Below are positions 30,816 to 41,536 of a stretch of DNA of 64,000 bases, in pieces. The DNA lies in contig JBIOWE010000004.1 in NCBI GenBank assembly GCA_044868145.1, positions 203,197 to 267,196 on the forward strand, read 5' to 3'. Positions within the stretch are counted from its first letter, which is position 1; each line of letters opens with the position of its first letter. The position numbers and the translations under genes were made by a program. The notes under the pieces are model-generated. The model saw only the letters and a program-made list of their open reading frames with translations, was not told the origin of the DNA and did no database searches. This stretch comes from Patescibacteria group bacterium (lineage in GTDB: Bacteria > Patescibacteriota > Patescibacteriia > UBA10025 > JBIOWE01).

Positions 30816-31475
30816 TTATTTATTATAATGATCTGCAATTGATTGTATAGTCATTATAATTTCTTCTTTAAGCCTTGCATCTCCAATTCCGATACCACAC
30901 GTTCCGTGGTGAAATCCCTTATGCGTCACCTTGATCATTTGACTAGATTTGATATAAGGTTTAGCAAATTGTGACCTGGGCATCCTTAACACTCTACTCC
31001 AAAATACTATCTCCCTTTCAATATCCATGTCTTGATAAAGATGAAGATCTATTTTAATCTTTTTTCTAGGAATTTTTAAAACCTTTACCAGCCAATAGAT
31101 GAAGAACTTTACTACATTTGGATCGGTATTATTAAGGTGAACGGAGCTATCAAATCCCTTTTTACCTTCCCCCCAATAAAGAAATAAACCCGCTAAAAAT
31201 AATTCTCTTGCAGATAGTGGCAGCCAGCGCTCCCTCGATTTTTCATAGGTTTTGGCAAGACGTTTAGTTTTTTTAAGCTCCATTGTCTGTCTAAATTTCT
31301 CAATACGTACGGAATTCCAATCTCGCAGAGTACGCATTTGGTTTTTGCTAAGTGGGTATTTTTGTAACCATCGACTCAAAGTACTTTTACTGACACCTAA
31401 AAGCGCCTTTATTTGATTGAAGCTCATACCCTCTAAACGATGTTTTATCGCCTTCTCGCGAATGTCTTTTTTCAT
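30816..31475 (-). CDS. HTH + LAGLIDADG-like endonuclease-fold protein
   Basis: N-terminal HTH (GMSFNQIKALLGVSKSTLSRWL); LAGLFLYWGEG helix, then NNTDPNVVKFF; AT-rich. Confidence 0.75.
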   Translation of the reverse strand: MKKDIREKAIKHRLEGMSFNQIKALLGVSKSTLSRWLQKYPLSKNQMRTLRDWNSVRIEKFRQTMELKKTKRLAKTYEKSRERWLPLSARELFLAGLFLYWGEGKKGFDSSVHLNNTDPNVVKFFIYWLVKVLKIPRKKIKIDLHLYQDMDIEREIVFWSRVLRMPRSQFAKPYIKSSQMIKVTHKGFHHGTCGIGIGDARLKEEIIMTIQSIADHYNK

Positions 31476-31647
31476 ATTATAGAACTAATAAGTTGATTTC
31501 CAGGGAGCTTAATTCAATTGTACTACTTTTATCATTTTTTTCAAGTTACAAAAGTGGGGTCTTTTACAACACGACGTCCTGTAAAATTTCAACCAAAAAA
31601 AGCCTACGTCACAAGCAGGCTGTTAGGGCCCAAAGGTGAGCTATCCT

Positions 31648-32655
31648 TTACTTTTTTGAAAAGTATCCCGCTGCTTGCGTGAGAACGCGGACGATTTTGC
31701 TTGGCGCTTTTTGTTCAACAAGCTTGAGGAAGAGAAGCGTCCACGCGGAATATTGGAATGTTGCAAATGCGGCACCGAACACGCCGAGAAGAATGGTCAG
31801 TAGTAGGAGGCCGGCAACAATAACGGCAATGAAACCTGCTTGAGCCGCAAGGTAGAGAGAGATGAAGGCTAAGAGAACGAAAGGAATCGCAATGATTCCC
31901 GCGGCGAGGATAAGGCCAAGTCCGGCGATGAGGCCGATCGCCAAGACGAGAATCGCCATTTCAATGCTTACGAGCCAGTTTTGCAGAAACAACTTCCAGC
32001 CGTTTGCTAACGCTTCCCAGAACGTACTGCCCTTGACTACAATATATGCAGCCGCATATTTCACGATAAAGGAAATCATGACCGTGATGGGGACCAGCAC
32101 CAAAAATGCTACCAGCGTATAGAGGAGCGCGCCAGTTACGTTATCCTGCACAAGAAATACCGTGAAGAGTGGCAAGGCGATGACGAGATAGATTGCCCAG
32201 ATGAGAACTCTCCCGACGATGTTCACGCCCAAGACTGGCCCAAAGTAATGCATGCCGGCCTTATACGCGATATCCAAAGTCGTTTTTTGCCCGCGCTTGA
32301 GTTTATACGCGCTGTCGATGATCGCAGTCAGCGAGACAACCGTAAGCCAAACGACCGTAATAACGATGACCAGAAAAACAAAAAAGAGCAGAATGCCTTG
32401 AAACGGATATGCCTGAAAAACGTCCTTTATGTTCGCAAGGACGGTGTTAATGAACCCAGTTTTATATAAATCTTGTAAAGTAAATAACGTATCGGACGGC
32501 GTGGAGATATTCGTATAGTTGCGGAACAGAACTTCTGCTTCGCCGCCGTTGCCCGCGAGCGCCGCGAAAAAACCGAAAATCCAAAGATATTTATTGCGCC
32601 AGGTTAATTGCCACGCCTCTCTTAAAACAGTACGATAAAGCGGTTTGTCTGCCAT
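31648..32655 (-). CDS. polytopic membrane protein
   Basis: AWQLTWRNKYLWIFGFFAAL start, multiple TMs, SD AGGAGG; start moved to ATG 32655. Confidence 0.85.
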   Translation of the reverse strand: MADKPLYRTVLREAWQLTWRNKYLWIFGFFAALAGNGGEAEVLFRNYTNISTPSDTLFTLQDLYKTGFINTVLANIKDVFQAYPFQGILLFFVFLVIVITVVWLTVVSLTAIIDSAYKLKRGQKTTLDIAYKAGMHYFGPVLGVNIVGRVLIWAIYLVIALPLFTVFLVQDNVTGALLYTLVAFLVLVPITVMISFIVKYAAAYIVVKGSTFWEALANGWKLFLQNWLVSIEMAILVLAIGLIAGLGLILAAGIIAIPFVLLAFISLYLAAQAGFIAVIVAGLLLLTILLGVFGAAFATFQYSAWTLLFLKLVEQKAPSKIVRVLTQAAGYFSKK

Positions 32656-32701
32656 ACTTTCCTTCCTCCTTTCGTCCTTTAGTATACCACAGATCGCGGC
32701 C

Positions 32702-34528
32702 TTAGGCAGCCTGGGGTTTGAAGAGCGCTTCGAACTCCTCTTGTTCAAGCGTTTCCTTTTCCAGCAGTTTCTTAACGATGAGTTCAAGTTTCGGGCGCAT
32801 GGTGCGAATGACCTTCCGGGCTTTTTCGTATGACTGCTTGATAAACGTCGAGACTTCTTGGTCAATCGCCTGCGCAACCTTCTCGCTGTAATCTCGCTGC
32901 TCGGTGATTTCCCGGCCAAGGAAGATTAGCTCGTCGTGGTCGCCGAATGTGCGGGGGCCCAAACGTTCGCTCATGCCATATTCCGTCACCAGTTTTCTCG
33001 CGAGCACGGTCGCTTGTTTCAAGTCGCTCGACGCACCCGTGGTGATGTCATGGAAAATCTCCTTTTCCGCAGCGTGGCCCGCCAAGAGAACAGAAATATT
33101 GTCGAGAAAATCCGCCTTGGAGTGCATGTGCTTGTCCTCTAGGGGAAGTTTGAGCGTGTAACCACCCGCCTGCCCGCGCGCGACAATGGAGACTTTGTGC
33201 ACGGGATCTGAATGCGGCAGGATGTGCGCGACAAGTGCATGGCCTGCTTCATGATATGCGGTAATCTTTTTTTCTTTTTCATTCAACAACCTGCTTTTTC
33301 GCTCTGGACCGAGCATCACTTTCTCAACGCTGTCGAAGCACTCTTGCAAGCTGATAGTTTTTTTATTCCGCTTCGCCGCGAGAATTGCCGCTTCATTCAG
33401 AAGGTTTGCGAGGTCTGCGCCTGAGAAGCCCGGTGTTCGCTGGGCGATTTTACGAAGGTCAACGCTCGTATCAAGCGGCTTCTTCGTCGAGTGCACTTTC
33501 AGTATAGCTTCACGATCCTTGATGTCTGGCTCGTCGAGAAACACGCGTCGGTCGAACCGGCCGGGACGCAAGAGCGCCGGATCGAGCACGTCTGGTCGGT
33601 TCGTTGCGGCCATGATAATGACGTTTGTATCCGTGTCAAAGCCGTCCATTTCCACAAGGATTTGGTTCAACGTCTGTTCTCTTTCGTCGTGGGAGCCGCC
33701 CAAGCCCGCGCCGCGCCGGCGGCCTACTGCGTCGATTTCATCAACAAACACAATGCACGGTGCGGATTTTTTCGCGCGACGGAACAGATCCCTGACGCGG
33801 GACGCGCCCACGCCGACGAACATTTCGACGAATTCTGACCCGGAAATGTTGAAGAACGGAACGTCGGCCTCGCCGGCCACGGCTTTTGCCAGCAGCGTTT
33901 TTCCCGTTCCTGGCGCGCCGATCAGAAGGACGCCTTTCGGAATGCGCGCGCCTAATGCGAGGAATTTACGGGGATTTTTGAGGAAATCAACCACTTCCTC
34001 AAGCTCGGATTTCGCTTCTCTGACCCCAGCCACGTCTTTAAAAGTGACTTTATTTTTGTTCGTGTCGTTCCGGACTTCACGCGCACTGCTCTGGCCAAAG
34101 GAAAGCGCGCGCGTATTCGCTCCCTGCACTTGCCGCATCATAAACCAAATAAAGAGTCCGATCAGGAGAATCGGGATGAGGAATGGTAGAATCGCGCCAG
34201 CCCAAAACGCGAAGGCGGATTCGCGTGCCACTTGAATTTGCACGACTTTCAGTTGATCCGGGGTCACCCCATAGTTCGAGAGTAACGTCGGCAGGGAATC
34301 GGTTTGTTCCTTCCGGGAGTGCAGTACCTCGCCGTTCGTCAGTGTAATGACCAGATCTTCGCCGTTGATCACAATTTTTTGCACTTCTCCTGCTTCAACC
34401 TTTTGCACCATTTCGCCGATGTCAATTTCCCTTGGCTTATTGAGCGAGGTGTTAAACAACGAAAAAACGCCCATCAAAATCAGGATAAAAAGAAAAAAAA
34501 TGATGAAATTTTTTGCAATATTGCGCAT
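32702..34528 (-). CDS. ftsH: ATP-dependent zinc metalloprotease FtsH
   Basis: Two TMs, [40 protein letters not shown]. Confidence 0.98.
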   Translation of the reverse strand: MRNIAKNFIIFFLFILILMGVFSLFNTSLNKPREIDIGEMVQKVEAGEVQKIVINGEDLVITLTNGEVLHSRKEQTDSLPTLLSNYGVTPDQLKVVQIQVARESAFAFWAGAILPFLIPILLIGLFIWFMMRQVQGANTRALSFGQSSAREVRNDTNKNKVTFKDVAGVREAKSELEEVVDFLKNPRKFLALGARIPKGVLLIGAPGTGKTLLAKAVAGEADVPFFNISGSEFVEMFVGVGASRVRDLFRRAKKSAPCIVFVDEIDAVGRRRGAGLGGSHDEREQTLNQILVEMDGFDTDTNVIIMAATNRPDVLDPALLRPGRFDRRVFLDEPDIKDREAILKVHSTKKPLDTSVDLRKIAQRTPGFSGADLANLLNEAAILAAKRNKKTISLQECFDSVEKVMLGPERKSRLLNEKEKKITAYHEAGHALVAHILPHSDPVHKVSIVARGQAGGYTLKLPLEDKHMHSKADFLDNISVLLAGHAAEKEIFHDITTGASSDLKQATVLARKLVTEYGMSERLGPRTFGDHDELIFLGREITEQRDYSEKVAQAIDQEVSTFIKQSYEKARKVIRTMRPKLELIVKKLLEKETLEQEEFEALFKPQAA

Positions 34529-34619
34529 AGTGCGACGATCTTCTTTTGCAAAAAAATTATACAACAGTCGCCCCTCTCCTGCAACAGAGGGATGACTGTT
34601 TGATTGACCGAAGGTTTGG

Positions 34620-35783
34620 CTACGCGCTCTTTGGCTGCCCTTGCGGGATCGCTCCTTCCGCTGGAAGCTGTTCCTGTTTTTCCTGCTTTACGTTCGCTGC
34701 TTTGAGCGAGAGGCCAAGCCGATGATGATCCGGGTCTATGTTCAAAATTTTGAACTTGAGAATATCGCCAACGCGCACGAGTTCGGAAGGGTTTTGAACC
34801 TTTTTGTCTGCCAATTCCGAAATATGCGCGAGCCCGTGAATTTCTTTGTCCAGTTCCACAAACAAACCGAACGGGTTAATTTTCATGACCTTCCCTTTCA
34901 CCACTTGACCCACACGATATTTTTCAATCGCCTTTTTCCATGGGTCTTCTTTCAGGGCTTTCATGGAAAGAGAGAATTTCGATCTGTCGATGTCGATAAT
35001 TTTTGCGGTCACGCTGTCTCCGGTTTTAATAACATCGCGCGGATGGTCGATACGTTGCCAGGCAAGCTCAGATATGTGAACAAGGCCTTCAAGGTTTTCG
35101 CCAAATTCTACGAATGCACCAAAGTCCGCTACGCCGCTCACGCGACCCTCGATCGTGTCACCAATTTTGTAGCCGGCAATAACGCCTTGCTGCGACTCCT
35201 CCCACGCGGCGCGCTCGGAAACAATGAGTTTTTCTTCAGCTTCATCCACGTCGAGCACTTTCACGCGGAATTCTTTTCCCATGTAACTTTTGAGAATTTC
35301 AAGAATACGGTTTTTGTCGCCTCCTTCGACGCGTGGATAGTGTTCAACGGTCAATTGCGATACAGGGAGGAATCCTTCAACCTGGCCGATGCGAATAATA
35401 AGACCGCCTTTGTTCGCATCGAGAATGGGTACATTCAAAACCTCGCCGGTTTTTTTGAGTTCATTCAAACGATTCCAGGCCGCGACGTGCCCAGCTTCGC
35501 GAATCGAAAGTTCGAGTTCGCCGCGCTCATTCTCGAGTTCCAAAACCGTGGCTTGCACTGTGTCAGCAACACGTAACCCGCCGGCGTTCGCCGATTCATC
35601 GATGATTTCTTTTCCGCGCACGACACCGGTCATCATGCCATCTATATCGAGGTGAATTTCGTTTTTAGAAACGTTGAGCACCGTGCCCATCACAATATCC
35701 CCAACCTTGGGAATCTTTGGTTGGTTCGGCGTTTCGAGGAGAAGCGCTAGCTCATCTTTTTGTTTATTCGGTTTCTTTTTCAT
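34620..35783 (-). CDS. rpsA: 30S ribosomal protein S1 (4 S1 domains)
   Basis: GFLPVSQL, DFGAFV, GLVHISELAW, GLAHISEL repeats. Confidence 0.93.
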   Translation of the reverse strand: MKKKPNKQKDELALLLETPNQPKIPKVGDIVMGTVLNVSKNEIHLDIDGMMTGVVRGKEIIDESANAGGLRVADTVQATVLELENERGELELSIREAGHVAAWNRLNELKKTGEVLNVPILDANKGGLIIRIGQVEGFLPVSQLTVEHYPRVEGGDKNRILEILKSYMGKEFRVKVLDVDEAEEKLIVSERAAWEESQQGVIAGYKIGDTIEGRVSGVADFGAFVEFGENLEGLVHISELAWQRIDHPRDVIKTGDSVTAKIIDIDRSKFSLSMKALKEDPWKKAIEKYRVGQVVKGKVMKINPFGLFVELDKEIHGLAHISELADKKVQNPSELVRVGDILKFKILNIDPDHHRLGLSLKAANVKQEKQEQLPAEGAIPQGQPKSA

Positions 35784-35922
35784 AATTCATTCTCTTGCGG
35801 GGAATAACAAAAAAGCTCCATTTGTTGCTTTCCCTTCTTTCTTCCTTATCCTACGCCCATGGTAGAAAAAAATCAAGGATTGACCGTTCTACCCTTGAAA
35901 TGTGCTATAGTAAAGCCAGAAT

Positions 35923-36966
35923 ATGGCGGCCTATAGTTCAAAAATTCGAGCCGGAACGCTCCGTGAGCACGCACGCAAAATGATCCAAACGAAGTACGGC
36001 GGCAAGGTGAGCAAGGAGTCGTTCCAAAAATTCCTACGGCAGGACAAGGACCTGAAAGGTTACGCGTACAAAGGCGGCCAATCGTCTATCTCAAAATACA
36101 AGGCAACCAAGGCGCTTGGTCAGATTGCGCGAAAAGCGGCCGCAAGCGGGAAGTACAAACTAAGCTACGAGGCGCGCAGGATGGGAGTAAAAGTGAACTC
36201 AAAAGGCACGATCAGCGATATTGCCACGAAGCGAGCGTTTGAACGAGCTGCGCAGCAAGAAGCGCTGGCAACGCAAAAACCCACCGGTCCGACAAAAGAG
36301 GAGCAAGCGCGTGAAACGCGGCGGGGCGAGATGCTCAAGTCGTTCCACAAACGTGAGCGTGCCGATGAAGTGCGTAAAGAACAGCAAATAAAGCAAGATC
36401 CGCGCGAGCCCGGCATCCGTCAGTCAGTTCCTACGACGCAGATATCCAGCGTGGGCCGAGGCGGTCCGTCGTTGAGTTCTCTCGGGGTGCAAGAAGCCAG
36501 CCCGCGTATCCGACCAGCAGTGGAGAAGCCCGAACAGCCAGCAGGCACCTGCGCCGTGTTGCCATTTTGCATAAAGTTTCGCGATGATCAGCTTCTTGAC
36601 CTTTCGCAGAAACTGACAAGCAGGGCTATGAGCGCGCTTGGTGGGGCCGTTTCGCTTCGGGTTATGACAAAGGACGAGCTCGTTTATCATGCAAAACATC
36701 TTGGCCGAGAGATGCCGGACATTGGTGACTATGAAGAGATGGAGGAGTTTGCGTCTTCACTGCCCTGCACGTTCGTTTTGATCGGTGAAATAAGGAAAGA
36801 CGTGAGTAAGATTCAGGTGCTTGTATCAACGCTTAATCCAAAAACCAATCAAAAAATTCGTATCGCGGAACTTGCTGGAAGGGTCGAGAACGCGTTCGAA
36901 CTCCAGCAACGTTTGGCATGGGAATTGACCGAGTTTTTTCACAGGGGAAAAGCGAGAAAAACCTAA
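35923..36966 (+). CDS. hypothetical protein: basic N-terminus plus TolB-N/FlgO-like C-terminal domain
   Basis: CAVLPF...LTSRA...FVLIGEIRK...IQVLVSTLN...FELQQRLA. Confidence 0.65.
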   Translation: MAAYSSKIRAGTLREHARKMIQTKYGGKVSKESFQKFLRQDKDLKGYAYKGGQSSISKYKATKALGQIARKAAASGKYKLSYEARRMGVKVNSKGTISDIATKRAFERAAQQEALATQKPTGPTKEEQARETRRGEMLKSFHKRERADEVRKEQQIKQDPREPGIRQSVPTTQISSVGRGGPSLSSLGVQEASPRIRPAVEKPEQPAGTCAVLPFCIKFRDDQLLDLSQKLTSRAMSALGGAVSLRVMTKDELVYHAKHLGREMPDIGDYEEMEEFASSLPCTFVLIGEIRKDVSKIQVLVSTLNPKTNQKIRIAELAGRVENAFELQQRLAWELTEFFHRGKARKT

Positions 36967-37039
36967 GAAAATAGGGTACTTTTTCACTTTACGGAGACCC
37001 GAAATTATGGTACACTTGGAGTGTACGATTTTTATTTTT

Positions 37040-37678
37040 ATGCAGATTACATGGCTTGGGCACGCCTGTTTTAAAATACAGGCAAAGGACGTGACAATCA
37101 TTACCGATCCCTATGACAAAGAGATCGGATTCGCCATGCCACGGGTTACTGCAGACATCGTGACCGTGAGCCATGACCACCACGACCACAATAATGTGGG
37201 GGCGGTGTCCGGCAGCCCATTCGTCATTGCGAGCCCCGGCGAATACGAGGTGAAGGGCGTGTTTATTTACGGCATTCCCTCCTGGCACGATGAGCGTGAA
37301 GGCAAAGAGCGCGGTCCGAACACCATATTCCTTGTTGAGATGGAAGGAATGCGTATCGCTCATTTGGGCGACCTCGGCACCAGCTTGAATAACGAGCAAC
37401 TGGAGAAGCTTGAAGGAGCGGACATTGTGTTGATTCCCGTCGGAGGCAAGTATACGATTGACGCAAAGAAAGCCGCGAACGTCATTAGCCAAATTGACCC
37501 CTCAATCGTTGTCCCGATGCATTATAAGCTGCCCGGCTTGAAGTTGCCGATTGATGGACTCGATGCGTTTGCAAAAGAGATGGGAGTGCGTGACCGGCAG
37601 GGAGTTGAAAAGCTGAAAATAACCAGGAAAGATTTGCAAGAAGAACAAACGAACGTCATCATTCTTCAAAAAGTCTAA
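37040..37678 (+). CDS. MBL-fold metallo-hydrolase
   Basis: ITWLGHACF, TDPY, SHDHHDHN, HLGDLG, PMHY. Confidence 0.93.
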   Translation: MQITWLGHACFKIQAKDVTIITDPYDKEIGFAMPRVTADIVTVSHDHHDHNNVGAVSGSPFVIASPGEYEVKGVFIYGIPSWHDEREGKERGPNTIFLVEMEGMRIAHLGDLGTSLNNEQLEKLEGADIVLIPVGGKYTIDAKKAANVISQIDPSIVVPMHYKLPGLKLPIDGLDAFAKEMGVRDRQGVEKLKITRKDLQEEQTNVIILQKV

Positions 37679-37684
37679 ACGCAT

Positions 37685-38074
37685 ATGAATCCAATGGACA
37701 GCGTTCAGCCTGCGAAAAGTCAAAAGAAAGTGGCCAGAAAAACTGCGCAAACGACGCGCCCTGTTTCGATGCCTGCTCAATCACCAACCGCATGGGCCGA
37801 CCCAAAACGACGGAAGCTTGTCATGCTTGTGACAACAGTCATGGCGGTTATTGTGATTGGATGGCTTATTTTATTGAAAACCAACGCGATTTTTACTGAC
37901 GGAGAAAGCGGGTCTGGATGGCTGAGAGTACGTACCAGTTTTGAACGTCTCGTGAATACTGTGAAGACCAATGTTCTGAAAATTTCTCCTCCCCAAGATT
38001 CGTCCAAAAGCGACGAGGAACGTATACAAAATCTTGAACAGCAGGTGTTCCCTGAGTTCACGAATCAAGAATAA
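37685..38074 (+). CDS. hypothetical single-TM protein
   Basis: In operon between the MBL gene and gyrA; one TM. Confidence 0.7.
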   Translation: MNPMDSVQPAKSQKKVARKTAQTTRPVSMPAQSPTAWADPKRRKLVMLVTTVMAVIVIGWLILLKTNAIFTDGESGSGWLRVRTSFERLVNTVKTNVLKISPPQDSSKSDEERIQNLEQQVFPEFTNQE

Positions 38075-38076
38075 GC

Positions 38077-40545
38077 ATGGCAGAGCAAGAAACAAAAAAA
38101 CCCGACCACATAGGAATGGTTGAGCCGCGGCCTATTACGAAAGAAATGGAGGAGTCGTATTTGGACTACGCAATGTCCGTTATTATTAGCCGGGCGTTGC
38201 CGGACGTGCGAGATGGTTTGAAACCCGTGCATCGCAGGATTTTGTATGCGATGTGGGATATCGGTCTTCGGCCTGGTGCAAAATTTCGCAAGTCCGCGAC
38301 TGTGGTCGGTGAGGTTTTGGGCAAATACCACCCGCACGGTGACGCGGCGGTCTATGACACGCTCGTTCGTCTCGCGCAAGACTTTGCAATGCGCTACCCC
38401 TTGGTTGACGGCCAGGGCAACTTTGGGTCCATGGACGGCGACGCTGCTGCAGCCATGCGATATACGGAATCGCGTCTCGCGAAAATTTCCGAAGAAATGC
38501 TCCTTGATATTGATCGCGATACGGTTGACTTCATGCAGAACTACGATGGCACCCACAAAGAGCCGACGGTTCTCCCGGCAAAGTTGCCGAACCTGCTCTT
38601 GAACGGCACGGTAGGCATCGCGGTTGGTATGGCGACGTCCATCCCGCCGCACAACAGTCGGGAAATCTCCGACGCCATTATTCACTTGATTGACACACCG
38701 CAAGCGACCGTCGAAGATTTGATGAAGTTTGTCAAAGGTCCGGATTTCCCTACCGGCGGAACGATCTACGATCAAAATGAGATAAAGCAGGCCTATGCCA
38801 CCGGCAAAGGTTCTATTGTGATACGCGGAACCGCGGAGATCGTTGAAGACAAAGTTGGTCAATTCCGCATCGTGATCACAGAAGTTCCCTATCAGGTAAA
38901 CAAAGCTGCATTAATCGAGGACACGGCGAATCTCATTCGTGACGGCAAGCTTGAAGGGATTCGCGATTTGCGCGATGAATCGGACCGCGAAGGAGTTCGT
39001 GTTGTCATCGAGCTTAAAAAAGATGCGTATCCAAAGAAGGTGCTTAATAAGCTGTACACGCTTACGAATTTACAGACGACATTTCACGTCAACACGCTCG
39101 CGCTCGTCGACGGTATTCAGCCACGCGTCTTGACGCTTAAGATGGTCCTTGAAGAGTATATTAAGCATCGAAAAACCATTGTTGAGCGCCGCACAAAATT
39201 CGACCTTGAGCGCGCCAAAGAGCGAGCCCACATTTTGAAAGGACTCAAGATCGCCGTTGATAACATCAACGCGGTGGTGCGCCTCATTCGTCAGTCAAAA
39301 GATCGCGAGGAGGCGAAGCGTCAATTGATGAAGAGCTTTAAACTGACGGAAATTCAGTCGAACGCGATTCTTGATATGAAACTCTCTCAGCTCACGAACC
39401 TTGATCGCATGAAAATCGAAAACGAACTCAAGGAAAAACTCGAGCTTATCAAAGAGCTTGAAGCAATTCTCGCCTCGCCAAAGAAAATTTTAGGTGTGGT
39501 GAAGAAAGAGCTCGAAGAGCTAAAGCAAAAATACGGCGACGACCGAAAGACAAAAGTGAATCCGAACGCCGTAGGAGAATTCAGGCAGGAAGATTTGATT
39601 CCGAACGAAGCGACCATTCTCATGGTCACACGTGATGGATACATCAAGCGCGTGCCGCCGGAAACCTTCAAAACACAAAAGCGAGGTGGGAAAGGCGTCA
39701 TTGGCCTAACGACGAAAGAGCAGGATGCAGTTGAGCAGCTCATTTCCACCATGACGCACGCCGACCTTCTCTTTTTCACGACAAAAGGCCGCGTGTTCCA
39801 ATTGAAGGCATACGACGTGCCCCAAGCGTCGCGCACTGCAAAAGGTCAGGCGATTGTGAACCTGCTGCAGCTCGGGCCGAATGAAAAAGTGACTGTGGCA
39901 ATGTCCATGCGGGAACTCGGTGACTATAAGTTCCTCGTGATGCTTACGCGCAAAGGGACAATTAAAAAAGTGGACATTAGTGATCTCCGAGACGTGCGCC
40001 GTTCTGGTTTGATCGCGATCAAATTAAAGGGTGACGACAGTCTTGAATGGGTAAAGCCTTCGACAGGGAAGGACGATATCATGCTGATAACCTCGCAAGG
40101 TCAGTCCATTCGATTCAAAGAAAAATCAGTGCGCGTCATGGGCAGAAACGCGGCTGGCGTGCGTGGTATGCGCCTCAAAGGCAGCGATACAGTGGCGGGC
40201 ATGGATATCATTAATGAAGGCAAGGCGGAAGAATTTGAGCAACTTCTCGTCGTCATGGAAAATGGATACGGTAAACGTACGCCGTTGAAAGAATATCGCG
40301 TGCAAGGTCGGGGCGGTTCCGGTATACGCACGGCAAAGATTACGCCAAAAACCGGCAAAGCAATCGCCGCATTCATCGTAAACGCAAAGCTCGAAAAGGA
40401 AGACCTTGTTATTATTTCGAAAAAAGGTCAGGTCATTCGCCTGCCTTTAAAAACAGTGTCTGTCCTTGGCCGAGCAACTCAAGGCGTGCGGCTGATGAAA
40501 TTTTCGGAAGCTGGGGATGGTGTCGCAAGCGTGACGTTTGTATAA
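38077..40545 (+). CDS. gyrA: DNA gyrase subunit A
   Basis: [28 protein letters not shown] catalytic Tyr, GyrA-box QKRGGKG. Confidence 0.98.
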   Translation: MAEQETKKPDHIGMVEPRPITKEMEESYLDYAMSVIISRALPDVRDGLKPVHRRILYAMWDIGLRPGAKFRKSATVVGEVLGKYHPHGDAAVYDTLVRLAQDFAMRYPLVDGQGNFGSMDGDAAAAMRYTESRLAKISEEMLLDIDRDTVDFMQNYDGTHKEPTVLPAKLPNLLLNGTVGIAVGMATSIPPHNSREISDAIIHLIDTPQATVEDLMKFVKGPDFPTGGTIYDQNEIKQAYATGKGSIVIRGTAEIVEDKVGQFRIVITEVPYQVNKAALIEDTANLIRDGKLEGIRDLRDESDREGVRVVIELKKDAYPKKVLNKLYTLTNLQTTFHVNTLALVDGIQPRVLTLKMVLEEYIKHRKTIVERRTKFDLERAKERAHILKGLKIAVDNINAVVRLIRQSKDREEAKRQLMKSFKLTEIQSNAILDMKLSQLTNLDRMKIENELKEKLELIKELEAILASPKKILGVVKKELEELKQKYGDDRKTKVNPNAVGEFRQEDLIPNEATILMVTRDGYIKRVPPETFKTQKRGGKGVIGLTTKEQDAVEQLISTMTHADLLFFTTKGRVFQLKAYDVPQASRTAKGQAIVNLLQLGPNEKVTVAMSMRELGDYKFLVMLTRKGTIKKVDISDLRDVRRSGLIAIKLKGDDSLEWVKPSTGKDDIMLITSQGQSIRFKEKSVRVMGRNAAGVRGMRLKGSDTVAGMDIINEGKAEEFEQLLVVMENGYGKRTPLKEYRVQGRGGSGIRTAKITPKTGKAIAAFIVNAKLEKEDLVIISKKGQVIRLPLKTVSVLGRATQGVRLMKFSEAGDGVASVTFV

Positions 40546-40570
40546 CGCTAGGCCGTAGTGCTTATGACAA

Positions 40571-40603
40571 TAAAAAACGACCCATGGGTTTAGGCCATGG
40601 GTC
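40571..40603 (-). terminator. intrinsic terminator
   Basis: On minus: GACCCATGG/CCATGGGTC hairpin followed by GTTTTTT. Confidence 0.7.
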
Positions 40604-40677
40604 AAAGGAGGTGTTTAGTTAACGTTTAACTAAACAGACTGTAAAGAACTATTTAGTTGAACCATCCGCGGGCTGAG

Positions 40678-40731
40678 TCAAGGAGCGATCCTCTGCTCAA
40701 GTTCCTCTACCTCTAAGATGAGTTCTTTCAT
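40678..40731 (-). CDS. 17-aa peptide MKELILEVEELEQRIAP
   Basis: TTCACA-17-TATACT promoter, GGAGGTGA SD 8 nt before the ATG, downstream terminator. Confidence 0.6.
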   Translation of the reverse strand: MKELILEVEELEQRIAP

Positions 40732-40827
40732 GTGCATTCTCACCTCCCTTCTTGGCTCAGTATACTCAACCTTGGGAGATATGTGAAGACGTTTTGTCTG
40801 ATGTAATATGCATAGGCTTAAAAATAC

Positions 40828-40927
40828 TTGTCATTTCGAGGAGGCCGAGTTTGTCGAGGCCGACGAGAAATCTCCTTGCCGGCATTCGCTAGGAGATTTC
40901 TCCTCCCTACGGTCATCGAAATGACAA
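40828..40927. repeat. REP-like multi-hairpin element (TGTCATTTCGA...TCGAAATGACA)
   Basis: 12-bp terminal inverted repeat plus internal gagaaatctcct/aggagatttctc stem. Confidence 0.75.
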
Positions 40928-41010
40928 CAGTAGGGCGAAGGTAATAAAACAGGACAGAAATTCATTTCCGCCCTGTTATGACATGTTGTTGGCGTTCGCC
41001 AACTAAACTC

Positions 41011-41187
41011 CTATTTGGTGAGAGAGAACTTTTTTTGTAATACTTGGTTAACTACCTCAATGAACTTCTTTCCATTCAGCGCTTGTAGGCTATAGATATG
41101 CCAACACGTTTTCCGTGGCTTTCCATAGGATGGTTCCCTCACTCCCCGTCCTTTTTTGCTTTCTGGCGCTTGATTAAGATTGGACAC
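41011..41187 (-). CDS. small basic hypothetical protein (58 aa)
   Basis: TTGACA-16-TACAGT promoter, GAGGAGG SD, GTG start. Confidence 0.5.
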   Translation of the reverse strand: MSNLNQAPESKKGRGVREPSYGKPRKTCWHIYSLQALNGKKFIEVVNQVLQKKFSLTK

Positions 41188-41293
41188 GTCCCCCTCCTCT
41201 TTTTTAGTTTGCTTTTTTTGTGCAATAGAGGCTACTGTACCATAATAAGAATCCTTGTCAAGTGCCCGTGAGTCATTTATAATGGAGCTTGCT

Positions 41294-41530
41294 ATGGGCC
41301 TTCCCGGACAAAAACGAAGCAAATCATCAAAGCGTCGGCGCGCGGCTCACTTTGCGTTGAAAAAAATTCAATTTTCGAAATGCCCGAATTGCAAGAAGCC
41401 GTCCTTGCCTCATCGCGTTTGTCCTTTCTGCGGGTATTACAAGGGCCGCGACGTTCTGCAAATGGGCGCGAAAGAAGCGCGTAAACGCAAAAAGCAAAAA
41501 GAACAGGAACAAAAAACTAAAAACGTTTAG
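41294..41530 (+). CDS. rpmF: 50S ribosomal protein L32
   Basis: KRSKSSKRRR, CPNC...PHRVCPFCGYYKG. Confidence 0.96.
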   Translation: MGLPGQKRSKSSKRRRAAHFALKKIQFSKCPNCKKPSLPHRVCPFCGYYKGRDVLQMGAKEARKRKKQKEQEQKTKNV

Positions 41531-41536
41531 GTTGTT

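Noticed and set aside
32656-32919. N-terminal extension of the 423-aa ORF
   Set aside because: Overlaps the ftsH 3' end; a promoter and SD support ATG 32655
34641-35576. 311-aa plus-strand ORF (also 33519-34235, 38065-38862, 49463-50350)
   Set aside because: Antisense shadows of rpsA, ftsH, gyrA and rpsP/khpA
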